Positions 53,037-63,212 of a stretch of 64,000 nucleotides of DNA are shown here, in pieces. How positions within the stretch are numbered: position 1 is the stretch's first letter; each line of letters begins with the position of its first letter. Source of the stretch: an uncultured Candidatus Micrarchaeota archaeon (GTDB taxonomy: Archaea > Micrarchaeota > Micrarchaeia > Anstonellales > Bilamarchaeaceae); contig CAIKOA010000008.1 of the NCBI GenBank assembly GCA_903828955.1, positions 36,813-100,812 of the forward strand, given 5' to 3'. Both the position numbers and the translations under genes were made by a program. Under the pieces are notes generated by a model. That model saw only the letters and a list, made by a program, of their open reading frames with translations, was not told the origin of the DNA and searched no databases.

Positions 53037-54848
53037 CTAAACTATCACGAGTTTAACGCAGGCCCCGTTATTGCATCCATTAATGCCGCAGTTATAGGTC
53101 GTTGAAACAATGTTGCCTTCGGAGCAATAGTATTCCCGCACCTGGGTCTTGCTGTTGCAGGTATCCGTATTGGAGAGCTGGCCCTTTGTTGCGGTCCCCT
53201 TCGTATAGTAGTCTATCCCCCCGTCGCTGTCGGCGCATTTTGCCTCGATGCATTTGCCGCTTGAGCATATCTCGTCTTGAGCGCATCCGATATCCGTCTC
53301 CTTTGCAAGCAGCCCGCTGCAGTAACCCTCTGCAACAGTATAACTGTCCTTGCAGGAATCGGTGACTGCAACCACATACCCGTTGTCGGTTGATTCGGTT
53401 GCGGTCCCCTTCGCATATGCATCTTTCCCCCCGTCGCTGTCCACGCACTCCGCGGGCGAGCACACGTTCTTGTAGCAGAGCTCATTGTAGCTCATGCAGC
53501 TTATCGAAGTGCTATCTGCGCTCCCTCCGTTGCAATAATATTCGGTAAGGTGCGCGAAGTCTGTGCATAGGTCATCATAGCCGTGCGAACCCACGGTCAC
53601 CGTGCCTTCCTCATGCCTGTTGTTGCCGCCATCAGTGTCCGAGCAGGTGCTCGAAGCAGGCCTGCATTCCCCGGAAACGCAAACATCCCCGGAATCGCAG
53701 TTGAGCCTTGTGCTCTCAACATTGCCATCAGAGCAGTAGTATTCCGTAACCGTATCGCTGTCGTAGCAGTTGTCGTTCCAACTATCTCCGTCCTTTTCAA
53801 CTGTCCCGTATTCGTTCTTGTCCTTCCCTCCATCCGAATCCGTGCAGTAGTTGGAAGTGCATTCCCCGTTCACGCACATCTCATCGGATGCGCAGTCAAT
53901 CCTCTTGCTCGCTGCGCTCGCGCCGTCGCAGTAATATTCGTTAACCGTATCCCCATCATAGCAATAATCGTCATATTGCTGCCCCCCGGCATACACAGAC
54001 CCATACTGCTCTTCGTCTTGCCCAAGATCGGTATCCCTGCACGCGGTGGGTATGCAGCTGCCGTCTCCGCAGCTATAGGTGCCTCCGCAATCCACAGTCG
54101 TGTGGAAAACGTTCCCTTCCGAGCAATAATATTCCGTAACCGAGTTTACTCCTGAGCAAACATCTACATAGGTAATCCCGCTTGAGCCCCTTGTGGCCCC
54201 CTTCTCATAGATGTTGAAGCCGCCGTCGTTATCTGTGCACGCGGAAACAACGCATGCCCCGTCTTCGCATGCTTTCCCGCTTGCGCAGGCAATCACCTTG
54301 CTTAATATCTGGTTATTTGAGCAATAGTATTCCAATACATTCGAATAGCTGCTGCAGTTATCCGTGAAGCTGTCGCTCCCTTTTTTAGCGGTCCCCTTCA
54401 CTTCAGTATTCTGCCCGCCATCCGTATCAGAGCAGAGCACTTCCCCGCATTTTCCTCCTGAGCATTCCGTTCCCGCAGGGCAGGGCACGGTTTCGCTCGT
54501 TATCGCGTTGTTTAGGCAATAATACTCAAATACTGCGTTTGTTGTCGGGCTGCAGGTATCATTGAAGGATTCGCCGCCCTTAGTGGTGGTCCCGTATTCA
54601 AGAGCGTTCTTCCCGTTGTCCGAATCAACGCAATTTGGGGAAACAACGCTTCCGTTCTGGCCCGTTCCGCACGCGCCGGTGTGCGATATTACTGCGCCCG
54701 CCTCCTTCGCATAACATTCATTTGTATAAGTAACTCCGTCAGAGCCGCACACTTCGGCTTTCTCGCTGCTGCACTGGCCAGAAGTTTCCGTTGCGCACCC
54801 GAATAAAAGAAGCCCCAAAATAATCAGGAATATGGCGATTTTTTTCAT
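53037..54848 (-). CDS. Secreted protein made of about 11 tandem Cys-rich repeats (C-x-D-x-DGG...EYYC module, about 45 aa)
   Basis: Signal peptide MKKIAIFLIILGLLLFGCA. Repeated CSDTDGGQN..KG....G.D...D.C......V.EYYC units. Listed ORF starts 84 codons upstream with no signal peptide. ATG 54848 chosen. Confidence 0.75.
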   Translation of the reverse strand: MKKIAIFLIILGLLLFGCATETSGQCSSEKAEVCGSDGVTYTNECYAKEAGAVISHTGACGTGQNGSVVSPNCVDSDNGKNALEYGTTTKGGESFNDTCSPTTNAVFEYYCLNNAITSETVPCPAGTECSGGKCGEVLCSDTDGGQNTEVKGTAKKGSDSFTDNCSSYSNVLEYYCSNNQILSKVIACASGKACEDGACVVSACTDNDGGFNIYEKGATRGSSGITYVDVCSGVNSVTEYYCSEGNVFHTTVDCGGTYSCGDGSCIPTACRDTDLGQDEEQYGSVYAGGQQYDDYCYDGDTVNEYYCDGASAASKRIDCASDEMCVNGECTSNYCTDSDGGKDKNEYGTVEKDGDSWNDNCYDSDTVTEYYCSDGNVESTRLNCDSGDVCVSGECRPASSTCSDTDGGNNRHEEGTVTVGSHGYDDLCTDFAHLTEYYCNGGSADSTSISCMSYNELCYKNVCSPAECVDSDGGKDAYAKGTATESTDNGYVVAVTDSCKDSYTVAEGYCSGLLAKETDIGCAQDEICSSGKCIEAKCADSDGGIDYYTKGTATKGQLSNTDTCNSKTQVREYYCSEGNIVSTTYNCGINGCNNGACVKLVIV

Positions 54849-54901
54849 GTGCATGCATTTGCGCAGAAAGCTTAAAATCTGTTCTGCCCCCAACGTCAAG
54901 T

Positions 54902-56041
54902 ATGGAAAAGTGCCCCCTGCCCGCGTTATTATGCATCCTTCTTGCACTTTTTCTTGCTTTTGGAATGGGCTGCCCTTCCCCGCAGGAATCCCGGGCACCC
55001 GCTGGATCCACGGGGCACACCAAATCAACGCAACCCAACGAATCCACGGAACCCATCCAATCAACTGAATTCCAATGCTTCCTGGTAAATCCGCAGGCAA
55101 ATTCCCTGGGAATAGGAGGCACGGACATCGGGCTCCCCGTCGAGCGAAGCGATGGAACCACCTGGATTCTTTTTGGAGACGTTAAAGGCACAACCTCAGG
55201 CAAGGGAGGCGCAAGCGCGCTCGCAATCTCGCCAACCCCATTCAATTGCAGTTCGTTTAGCTGGAAAAGCGACGGGGAGAGATTTTACCAGCCGCTTCAT
55301 TCGGCAAGAAATTCCACCGATGCATCCACCGTTCCCGCTGGCGCAATCGAGCTGGACGGAAAATTCTACATCTACGCGATGCGCGTGACCCAGTGGGCTT
55401 TCAATTCCGGGCCAGGGGCTGCCACAGAGGGGCACGGGATGCTTTTCCGGCAGGAGAACTCCACATTCGTCCCGGTCGCCTCCTGGGCGCAGAACACGCA
55501 CACGAGCGCCGCGCCCGTCATCGGTAGGCTTGAGGACGGCACCGAAGCGGTTTTCATAGCTTTCACCAACAAATACAGGGACTCCCAAATCTATGGGGCG
55601 TACGTCCTTCCTTCGGAAATTGAGGGCCCCTCCAAATACCATTATTTTGCGGGAATGGAAAACGGGGAGCCGAGATGGGGCGACGAATCCTCTGCGGTCC
55701 CCATTAAAGGGCTATACGCCAACGGCACTGGGGAGATCTCCCTCGCCTACAACCCCGTCCTCAAAAAATACCTCCTGATGTTCAAGGATTACAAGGGCTC
55801 GAGGGATTCCTTCTACCTTTACTCCGCGGACAACCCGTGGGGCCCGTATTCCCTTGAGAAGGAATTCACTCCATGCGGAACTGCGGGGGATAAGCCCTCC
55901 TGGATGGAAGAGGGCTGGAGCGGCTGCTACGGAGGCTACATCTTCCCCAATTCCTTCGGAGCGGACGGAAAGGACATTTATTTCACGGTTTCCGTCTGGG
56001 TCCCCTATACCACAATCGTCTCAAAAGGAAGAATGGATTAG
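54902..56041 (+). CDS. Secreted lipoprotein, DUF4185-like (putative glycoside-hydrolase-like beta-propeller)
   Basis: Signal peptide with lipobox-like AFGMGC. C-terminal YGGYIFPNSF...YFTVSVWVPYTT resembles the DUF4185 C-terminus. Medium-low confidence in the family call. Confidence 0.55.
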   Translation: MEKCPLPALLCILLALFLAFGMGCPSPQESRAPAGSTGHTKSTQPNESTEPIQSTEFQCFLVNPQANSLGIGGTDIGLPVERSDGTTWILFGDVKGTTSGKGGASALAISPTPFNCSSFSWKSDGERFYQPLHSARNSTDASTVPAGAIELDGKFYIYAMRVTQWAFNSGPGAATEGHGMLFRQENSTFVPVASWAQNTHTSAAPVIGRLEDGTEAVFIAFTNKYRDSQIYGAYVLPSEIEGPSKYHYFAGMENGEPRWGDESSAVPIKGLYANGTGEISLAYNPVLKKYLLMFKDYKGSRDSFYLYSADNPWGPYSLEKEFTPCGTAGDKPSWMEEGWSGCYGGYIFPNSFGADGKDIYFTVSVWVPYTTIVSKGRMD

Positions 56042-56496
56042 TGATGGGGGGTTGCTTGGGATGAAACACTTTAGGGGGCGCTCCCCCTGAAGGGTTCTTC
56101 ACGGTTTCCGTCTGGGTTCCCTACACCACAATCGTCTCAAAAGGAACCATCTGAAGGAGCCCGCAAATCCATTCCGGATCGGCCTTTTTATGCTTTTCAC
56201 CAACTGTTTTTCAGAATACGAGAGAGGGAAAAACGCCCCCGGTGGAAAAGCCCAAAAATGCGGGTTTTTTCAGGAGCGGTGCAACAAATTTTCAGAAGTA
56301 TTCTCCGTCTGAGGGGCAAAACCTTTTTAAACACGTATATTCATATCTATCCTTTACCTTTTACGCTTCGAGCGCCCTCTTCGACGAATGGCGCGATGAA
56401 AAACGAATTTATTCATATAGGGTAGGCTATCTCTTCACGTTGGGGAGACAGCCGGCGTTTATAACGCCAAAAGAGTGTGAAGTAACTAGCTATGAA

Positions 56497-59396
56497 GTTT
56501 GGATATGTTGCATCCATGTAGTGGATGACTAGGCTAGTGCCAGCAAACTCACGTGGTAAGCTGCGATAAGCTTGGGTTAGGTGCACGCAACCATTGACCC
56601 CAAGATCTGAGTGAGTGCCCCTCGGGAAACTGAGGCGCACAGCTACCCCGGGAATTGAAACATCTAATTACCGGGTGGAAAAGAAACCAATTGGGATTCG
56701 GTTAGTAAGTGGACTGAAAGCCGAACAGGCCGTGCTGAATTCCCTGCAGCAATGCAGGGCAAATGTGGCGGGGAATATCCATTCTCTGAGCAGAAGTCCC
56801 CTGGAATGGGGTGCCATAGCGAGTGAAAGCCTCGTATGCGAAGGAGTGTGGAGTGAACCAAAACGAGTACCGTCCACCGGATAGCGGGCGGGAATATGGG
56901 GGTATCAACCTCCAAGCCTAAATATTGGGCATTAGACCGATAGCGAATGAGTAACGCGAGTGAACGTTGAAAAGGACCCCGGAAGGGGTGTTAAAAGAAC
57001 CTGAAACTACATGGAGACAGGAAGGTAAGGCATGAAAGGGTTATATGTTTGCCGAAGTGAATCCCAGAAATGGTTGGATCGAGGCAAAAGCACCAGTGTC
57101 TTATCATTCTTCTCGAAGCAAGAGCCAGGGAGTTTATCTGTGTGGCGAGACGAAAGTCGAAGCGAAAGCGAGCGTCCGCAGGTAACCAGGGACATCCTCT
57201 GAAAAGGGGACCAGTCACACAGATCAGACCCGAAGCCGGCGCGATCTACTCCTGACCAGGGTGAAGCCAGCCTGTCCGTTGGTGGAGGCCCGCAACCAGT
57301 GATGGTATATTCCTCTTGGGTGAGTCAGGTGTAGGGGTGATAGTCCAGTCGAGCTTGGCAATAGCGGGTTCCCCTCGAAATGTATCTCAGTACAGCGTCT
57401 TCCGAGGATGATAACGGGGTAGAGCACTGAATGGGAAGAGCGGCTCCGAAAGGTGTCACTTCCCTATCAAACTCCGAATTCGTTATCTCCGTAGACGAAG
57501 GCAGTCGGGTTCACGGGGTAAGCTTGTGAACCCTTACGGGAACGACCGTACGTGAGGTTAAGGGCCCTAAATTCTGGTTAAGTGTGAATACAAAGGAGCT
57601 TCTATCCTTAGACAGCTGGAAGGTAGGCTTAGAAGCAGCCATCCTTTAAACAACGCGTAATAGCGGACCAGTCGAGGATGCAGGTTCCGAAAATTGACGG
57701 GGCTAAACCAGATCCCGATACCCCACCCGAGCCAAAAGCTCGTGGAGTAGGGGGGCGAACGGGGCGGGTAGAAGCAAGGCGGTAACGTCTTGTGGACCGT
57801 TCTGTTATGAATATCCTGGTGTCAGTAGTAGCATATCCAAGTGAGAATCTTGGACGTCTGATAGGGCACGGTTTCCTCAGCCATGTTTGTCAGCTGAGGG
57901 TTAGGCGATCCTAAGTGGTGAGGTAACACCGGAGCCACGAAAGGGAAGCAGGTTAATATTCCTGCCCAACAGAGGTAGATGCGGCAACGCAAGTGCGGTT
58001 TTTGACCGCTTGGGATAAGCTGAGCCCGGGAGACCGGGTTTAACAGCGATACATCCATCGAGTCTTATCATGAGGAGAAGTGGATGAAACGCTGGAATAG
58101 GAGCAATCTTTGGCCGATTCCTGAGTGCCATGAAAAGAAAACCGTTCCGATCCTCTATTTCCGTACCTAGAACCAATACAGGTGCCCCTGGCTGAAAAGG
58201 CCCAGACGTGTTAAGACAACCCAGGCAAGGGAACTCGGCAAAATAGTCCCGTAACTTAGGAAGAAGGGATGCCTACCATCTTGTAGATGGTAGGTGGCAC
58301 TGACAAGGGGAGTGCGACTGTTTATCAAAAACACAGATCACCGCAAGGTCGTAAGGCTTAGTATGGTGGTCGACGCCTGCCCACTGCCAGTACCTGAACG
58401 CCCCATTCAAGGGGAAGAAGGGCTGGTAAAGAGCGGGGGTAACTCTGACCCTCTTAAGGTAGCGTAATACCTCGCCGCTTAATTGGCGGCTTGCATGAAC
58501 GGCGTAACGCCACTCCTACTGTCCCTGCCTGGGACTTAGTGAACTCATTGCCCGGTGAAGATACCGGGGACTTCCAGAGGGAAACGAAGACCCCGTGGAG
58601 CTTTACTATAGCCTGATGTTGCTGTATCGGTGTGGCTACCGAGCGTAGATGGGAGCCGTCGAGACCGTATCTCCGGATACGGTGGAGGCAAAATTGAAAC
58701 ACCATCTAGTTATGCTGATACTGCTTACCCGCAAGGGGACAGCATCAGGTGGATAGTTTGGCTGGGGCGGTACGCCCTCGATAGAAAAACAAGGGCGCCC
58801 AATGTTCTGCTCAGGCGGGTCAGAAATCCGCTGTAGAGGGTTAAAGACAAATGCAGGGCTGACTGTGTTCCTAAAAGCGTGGAACGCAGAGACGAAAGTC
58901 GGGCTTAACGAACCTTAGTATTCTATTGATGGGAATCTAAGCTGTCAGACAAGCTACCCCGGGGGTAACAGGCTCGTCGCGGGCGAGAGTACACATCGAC
59001 CTCGCGGCTTGGTACATCGCTGTCGGCTTGGGACATCCTGGTGGTGCAGGAGCCACCAAGGGTTGGGTTGTACATCCATTAAAGTCCCACATGAGCTGGG
59101 TTCAGTACGTCGCGAGACAGTACGGTAGTATCTTCTGGAAGTGTAGGTTCTTGAGGGGAAGGAACTTTGAGTACGAGAGGAACGGAGTCCCGGGGCCTCT
59201 GGTGTATCGGTTGTGTCAATGCATTGCCGAGCAGCTACGCCCTCCGTCGATAAGACCTGAAAGCATCTAAGGTCGAAGCGACACCCAAAACGAGGAACCA
59301 AAGACCGCCTATAGTAGATAGGTTTGATAGGAGCGGGGTGTAAGTCCTTAGCTAACGCGAGGGATTCAGCCTGCGCTTACTAAAGGTATAATCCCA
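56497..59396 (+). rRNA. rrl: 23S (large subunit) rRNA, about 2.9 kb, not linked to 16S or 5S
   Basis: 5' region GTGGATG...AAGCTGCGATAAGC...GGGAATTGAAACATCTAATTACC (domain I). Sarcin-ricin and peptidyl-transferase-like segments further in. Ends bracketed by a complementary processing stem (56483..56496 / 59397..59412). All ORFs called inside were rejected. Confidence 0.85.
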
Positions 59397-59502
59397 AATT
59401 TCATAGCTAGTTATCTTTTTCATTCTATTTTATTTTACTTCGTCTTAGCGTGAGCGCTGCCCAGTTCCTATCCCAAAATTAAGTTTAAGTTAAATCCGCG
59501 TT

Positions 59503-59805
59503 TTATTTCTTCTCCTTCTTTTCCGCGGGCTTCTCCGCCTTCTCTTTCCCAGCCCCCTTCTTGAACTCGGCTGCCCTGGCCGGGTCCTTCTTGGATAGAA
59601 GCGCAAACATCTGCTTTACGACTTCCCACTTTACTTCGCTAGCAGTTGCAGAGGATTTCAGCCGATCTAGGGCCCGCTCCACCACCCGGGAGGTTTCCCG
59701 CTCCGTAAGCTTTAGCCCGTAGTGCTGCTCGTAGTTTTGCATCGCGCTCTGCACAACCGGAGTTTCCGCCGCCCGCTCTTCCGGAGTAAGCATTTTCTCT
59801 GCCAT
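59503..59805 (-). CDS. Small N-domain protein (paralog of the N-terminus of ORF 17900..19465), Lys/Glu-rich tail
   Basis: MAEKMLTPEERAAETPVVQSAMQNYEQHYGLKLTERETSRVVERALDRL... is about 60% identical to residues 1-80 of 17900..19465. Confidence 0.65.
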   Translation of the reverse strand: MAEKMLTPEERAAETPVVQSAMQNYEQHYGLKLTERETSRVVERALDRLKSSATASEVKWEVVKQMFALLSKKDPARAAEFKKGAGKEKAEKPAEKKEKK

Positions 59806-59856
59806 GCATTAATTTCCCCACATTTCTTTTTATTGTTTTGCACCCATTTCTAAGCG

Positions 59857-60324
59857 ATGGCAACATTCAATTCCCAGACCCCCTACATAAAACAGATATC
59901 CCTCTACTTCGACAACTCAGACTACAAAAGCGCGCTTTTCCTCTCCGAGGAATTCGCATCCGCGTTCCCAAACGAAATGATTTCCCATTTCCTTTACGCA
60001 AAAGCCGCATTCTGGCTGGATTCCTTCGATACCGCAAGGGAGGAAGCGCTGAAGGCATTCAACCTCTGCAAGGGGCAGGACGACCTCGCGGTCGCGGGAA
60101 TCCTCCTCTCCTGCGTCTATTACAGCCAGAACGAATACGAAAAAGGGCTCGTCCTCCTCAACCTCCTGCGAACAAAGCTTCCCCAGAACGAAGAGATACA
60201 GAAATTGAAATTCATCTTCGCCCTCGCGCTCCACGACGAGGCCGCGGCAATGCGCCACCTGGAGGACCTCTACGACATAAACAAGAAATCTGCAAGCGAC
60301 TTCATAGTCAAATTCCTGGAGTGA
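59857..60324 (+). CDS. TPR-like helical protein, paralog 1 (divergent partner of 59503..59805)
   Basis: 155 aa, about 40% identical to ORF 61810..62286 (PY.RQIS.Y....Y..A..LSE.F...FP..M..H.L.AK..FW...F..AR.EA.KA...). The overlapping alternative-frame ORF 59838..60332 was rejected. Confidence 0.65.
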   Translation: MATFNSQTPYIKQISLYFDNSDYKSALFLSEEFASAFPNEMISHFLYAKAAFWLDSFDTAREEALKAFNLCKGQDDLAVAGILLSCVYYSQNEYEKGLVLLNLLRTKLPQNEEIQKLKFIFALALHDEAAAMRHLEDLYDINKKSASDFIVKFLE

Positions 60325-60378
60325 GGCAGTAAAACCGCGCACGAGCTGTTTTTTAAAGAATATAAAAAAAGGAAAAAT

Positions 60379-61713
60379 TCAGGCGCTTATTTTTGAAAGC
60401 GCATCAAGCAGCTTTCTGTTCCTCGCGATATCATCTTCAAGGGCGGCCTTGTTCTGCGGCTCCCTGCGTATCTGAGTCTGCGTTGCAGTTATGTCATTCC
60501 GGATCTGGTCGCGAACCATGTTCAGGGCCTCCATTTTTTGTCTTTTATAAAGGCTCTCATACGAATCCGCGCCCAATGACTGCGCAACCGAATCCAGCCT
60601 CTTCTCTACCTCTTGCGTTGGGGACAGTACCGCAACCCCTGCCTCCTTCCTTTCAGCCTTTCTCGCTTTTTGTGCGCGCTCCTCTCCAGGCCCCTCGGTT
60701 TTAACGTTAATATCCCCGCCCGACATTCTCATCTGCCCTATTTCCGCAACCTCGCCTTCCTTAGCCGGCTTTATTTTAGGCTGTGCGGGTTCAGATTTTT
60801 TGGTTTCTGCAATCGCAACAGGAGGAGGCGCAGAAGGTTTCGTTCCCCCTGCGAGTACTTCCCGCGTTGTTTTGCCGCCCATCGCCCCGCCCATCTTCGC
60901 CATGGCAGCTTTTGCAAGCTGGCTGGCGAGTTCTTCATTAGAGATCGTTCTCCCTTTCTGCTCCCTTGCCGCGCTTCTTGCAGCAGCATCCGCCTTTCTT
61001 TGCTCTTCCCGCTGCTCCCTTTCCGCACGGGCTTCAGCTCTGGCTTGTGCCTCAGCTGCTTCCCCCTCGCGCTTCTTTTCTTCGCGTCTTGCAGCCCTCT
61101 CTTCCCGTGGCGTCATCTCTTTTTTGTGTTCCGGAATAATCAGGCTCTCGGAAGGGTGCTTCATCCTTTCGGGCTTTTCCGCCTCCGCAATTTTCGTTTC
61201 CTTCTTCTCCGGATAAACATCCTCAACAGCATAAAGCCCGGGCATCTTCTTCCTGCGTTCCTCATCCACTTTCTCATATGCAATCCGGAAAAGCGCCTCA
61301 TCCCTCGTCATTCCCCGCGAAGTAAGTTTTGCGATTTCCGCATCCGTTTTCCTTGCGCTTGCAATCGCAGCAGCCTGGTATTCCTTGAATTCCTTAGGCT
61401 GCACTTGCCTTAGGTATTCGCGCACCTCGGCAAAAGCATTAGGGGGCGGCTTTCCGGTCTTGTCCCATTTATCCAGAAGCTGCGTAACGGTATTCCTCAC
61501 TTCTTTAGGGGAAATATCAAATTGCCGCGCATAATACGCAAATGCCTTGGAAACATCCCCCGCAACTTCTTTTACGATCGCGCTAACTTCCTGCGAACGC
61601 AGATTCAGCCCATAAGTGGCCTGGTATTTGCTGATTGTGTCCATCACGACCTTCTCAATCATCGCTTCGGTGGGGGCCTTTCTCTCCACAGGGGGCATCT
61701 TGAGGTTGTCCAT
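60379..61713 (-). CDS. N-domain protein (distant paralog) with long charged/disordered middle and C-terminal coiled coil
   Basis: N-terminus MPPVERKAPTEAMIEKVVMDTISKYQATYGLNLRSQEVSAIV follows the same pattern as the N-domain of 59503 and 17900. EKKREGEAAEAQARAEARAEREQREEQRK charged region. Confidence 0.6.
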   Translation of the reverse strand: MDNLKMPPVERKAPTEAMIEKVVMDTISKYQATYGLNLRSQEVSAIVKEVAGDVSKAFAYYARQFDISPKEVRNTVTQLLDKWDKTGKPPPNAFAEVREYLRQVQPKEFKEYQAAAIASARKTDAEIAKLTSRGMTRDEALFRIAYEKVDEERRKKMPGLYAVEDVYPEKKETKIAEAEKPERMKHPSESLIIPEHKKEMTPREERAARREEKKREGEAAEAQARAEARAEREQREEQRKADAAARSAAREQKGRTISNEELASQLAKAAMAKMGGAMGGKTTREVLAGGTKPSAPPPVAIAETKKSEPAQPKIKPAKEGEVAEIGQMRMSGGDINVKTEGPGEERAQKARKAERKEAGVAVLSPTQEVEKRLDSVAQSLGADSYESLYKRQKMEALNMVRDQIRNDITATQTQIRREPQNKAALEDDIARNRKLLDALSKISA

Positions 61714-61809
61714 GTTATTCTCTCTCAGCGGAAGTTTTTATTGTTTATGGTGGATGGGGATTTGGGGAAAAGCGCATCTTTTTTACCTTTCCCCTCCTAA
61801 TTCCGGTTC

Positions 61810-62286
61810 ATGCAGCAATTCACGTCCCCTTCGCCATACATGCGGCAGATTTCAATCTACCTGAAGCAGGAGAAATACCCGGAGGCGCACTCCCTCTCGG
61901 AAAAATTCGTGAATTCCTTCCCGGACAACATGATGGCGCACCTCCTTCTCGCAAAATCCTCCTTCTGGATAAATGATTTCCAAAATGCAAGGGACGAGGC
62001 AAAAAAGGCATACGGGATAGCAGAAGGTACCGCAGAGGTAATAATGGCGGGAATCCTTCTCGCGTGCTCCCACTACCGCCTGAAAGAATACGAAAAGGGG
62101 CTAAAACTCGTAAGGGCTCTCTTTGAGCAGGCTCCAAACATGGAGGAGCTCGTCAGCCTCAAGTTCGCATTCGCAATGGCATTGAGCGATGAGTCGGAGG
62201 CGGCAAGAAGCATCGAAATCCTCTACTCCATAGACAAAAAGGCGGGAAGGCGGCTCCTGGAAAGCGCGCTCCTTGGCGGCCCTTAG
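61810..62286 (+). CDS. TPR-like helical protein, paralog 2 (divergent partner of 60379..61713)
   Basis: 158 aa. Homologous to 59857..60324 along the full length. Confidence 0.65.
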   Translation: MQQFTSPSPYMRQISIYLKQEKYPEAHSLSEKFVNSFPDNMMAHLLLAKSSFWINDFQNARDEAKKAYGIAEGTAEVIMAGILLACSHYRLKEYEKGLKLVRALFEQAPNMEELVSLKFAFAMALSDESEAARSIEILYSIDKKAGRRLLESALLGGP

Positions 62287-62333
62287 GAAGCCTTTTTAAC
62301 CTGCTTTTCCTAAATCCCTCCACAGGTGAAAAA

Positions 62334-63122
62334 ATGAGAATTCTGATAATTGCATTATTGGTTGCAATGCTCTTCCTTGCCGGATGCCCCGGAGCGGGAA
62401 CTGGCCAGAAGGGCACAACAGGGACAACCTCCCAGGGCACAGGGGCCCAGGGCGCGGGAACGCAGCAGGGCGGCCTTCTTGGAGGAAGCTCAGGCGCTAG
62501 CGGAGGCGCAGGAACCGGGACTTCCGGCGGAACCCAGGGAGGCTCAAGCGGAGGAAATAATCCGTTTGCGAACTGGGACATGCAGGCAATGGTTGCCGCA
62601 GGCCAGCCGGTCTACTGCGAAGTGACCTACAACTCCAACGGCGTCTCTGACACCCAGAAGATGTACATAAAAGGGGAGAACATGCGGGTTGAAATGACAT
62701 CCCTCGTTGAAGGCCAGGCAACGCAGACCGTCATGATAATCAAGGGAAAAATGCAATACATGCAGCCGCAGCAGCCAATGCAACTAACTCAAGGAGCTAC
62801 CTGCGACTGGGTTTCCATAGACAGCGAAAAGCTCAAGGCGTGCATGCCGCAAGGCACAACGCCGCAGGAAGGCGTGGATACGGCCCAATACAATGAAACC
62901 CCGGCGAACTACAACTGCAATTACGGGACTTTCGGGGACGAGAAGTTCACGGTTCCCTCCATTCCGGCTTCTTGCGACCTTTCCACGCAGCTTTGCAACG
63001 CATATGCCGCGATGAACCAGGCAGGGGCAGGAGGCTATGGGAACGCAATGTCAGCGTGCCAGGGGCTTACCGGCCAGGCTTTGCAGGACTGCGTCCAGGC
63101 CCAGTACGGAACCGGAAGCTAA
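62334..63122 (+). CDS. Secreted lipoprotein with Gly/Thr/Ser-rich linker and Cys-containing C-terminal domain
   Basis: Signal peptide + lipobox FLAGC. GTGQKGTTGTTSQGTGAQGAG linker. Eight Cys in the globular part. Confidence 0.6.
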   Translation: MRILIIALLVAMLFLAGCPGAGTGQKGTTGTTSQGTGAQGAGTQQGGLLGGSSGASGGAGTGTSGGTQGGSSGGNNPFANWDMQAMVAAGQPVYCEVTYNSNGVSDTQKMYIKGENMRVEMTSLVEGQATQTVMIIKGKMQYMQPQQPMQLTQGATCDWVSIDSEKLKACMPQGTTPQEGVDTAQYNETPANYNCNYGTFGDEKFTVPSIPASCDLSTQLCNAYAAMNQAGAGGYGNAMSACQGLTGQALQDCVQAQYGTGS

Positions 63123-63212
63123 TCCCAACCGCATATCCATTTTTTTCTTCTTTTTTGCAGTTTCCCAGCCTCCGGGCGAGCCATTTTATTCCCTTCCATT
63201 TCTAGTTAGATA

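Noticed and set aside
56242-59301. Numerous 60-115-aa ORFs on both strands inside 56.2-59.3 kb
   Set aside because: They lie within the 23S rRNA gene. The conserved LSU rRNA segments take precedence.
59838-60332. 164-aa ORF overlapping the TPR-like paralog in another frame
   Set aside because: Arg/Pro-rich junk translation. The +1-offset frame (59857..60324) has a full-length paralog at 61810..62286.
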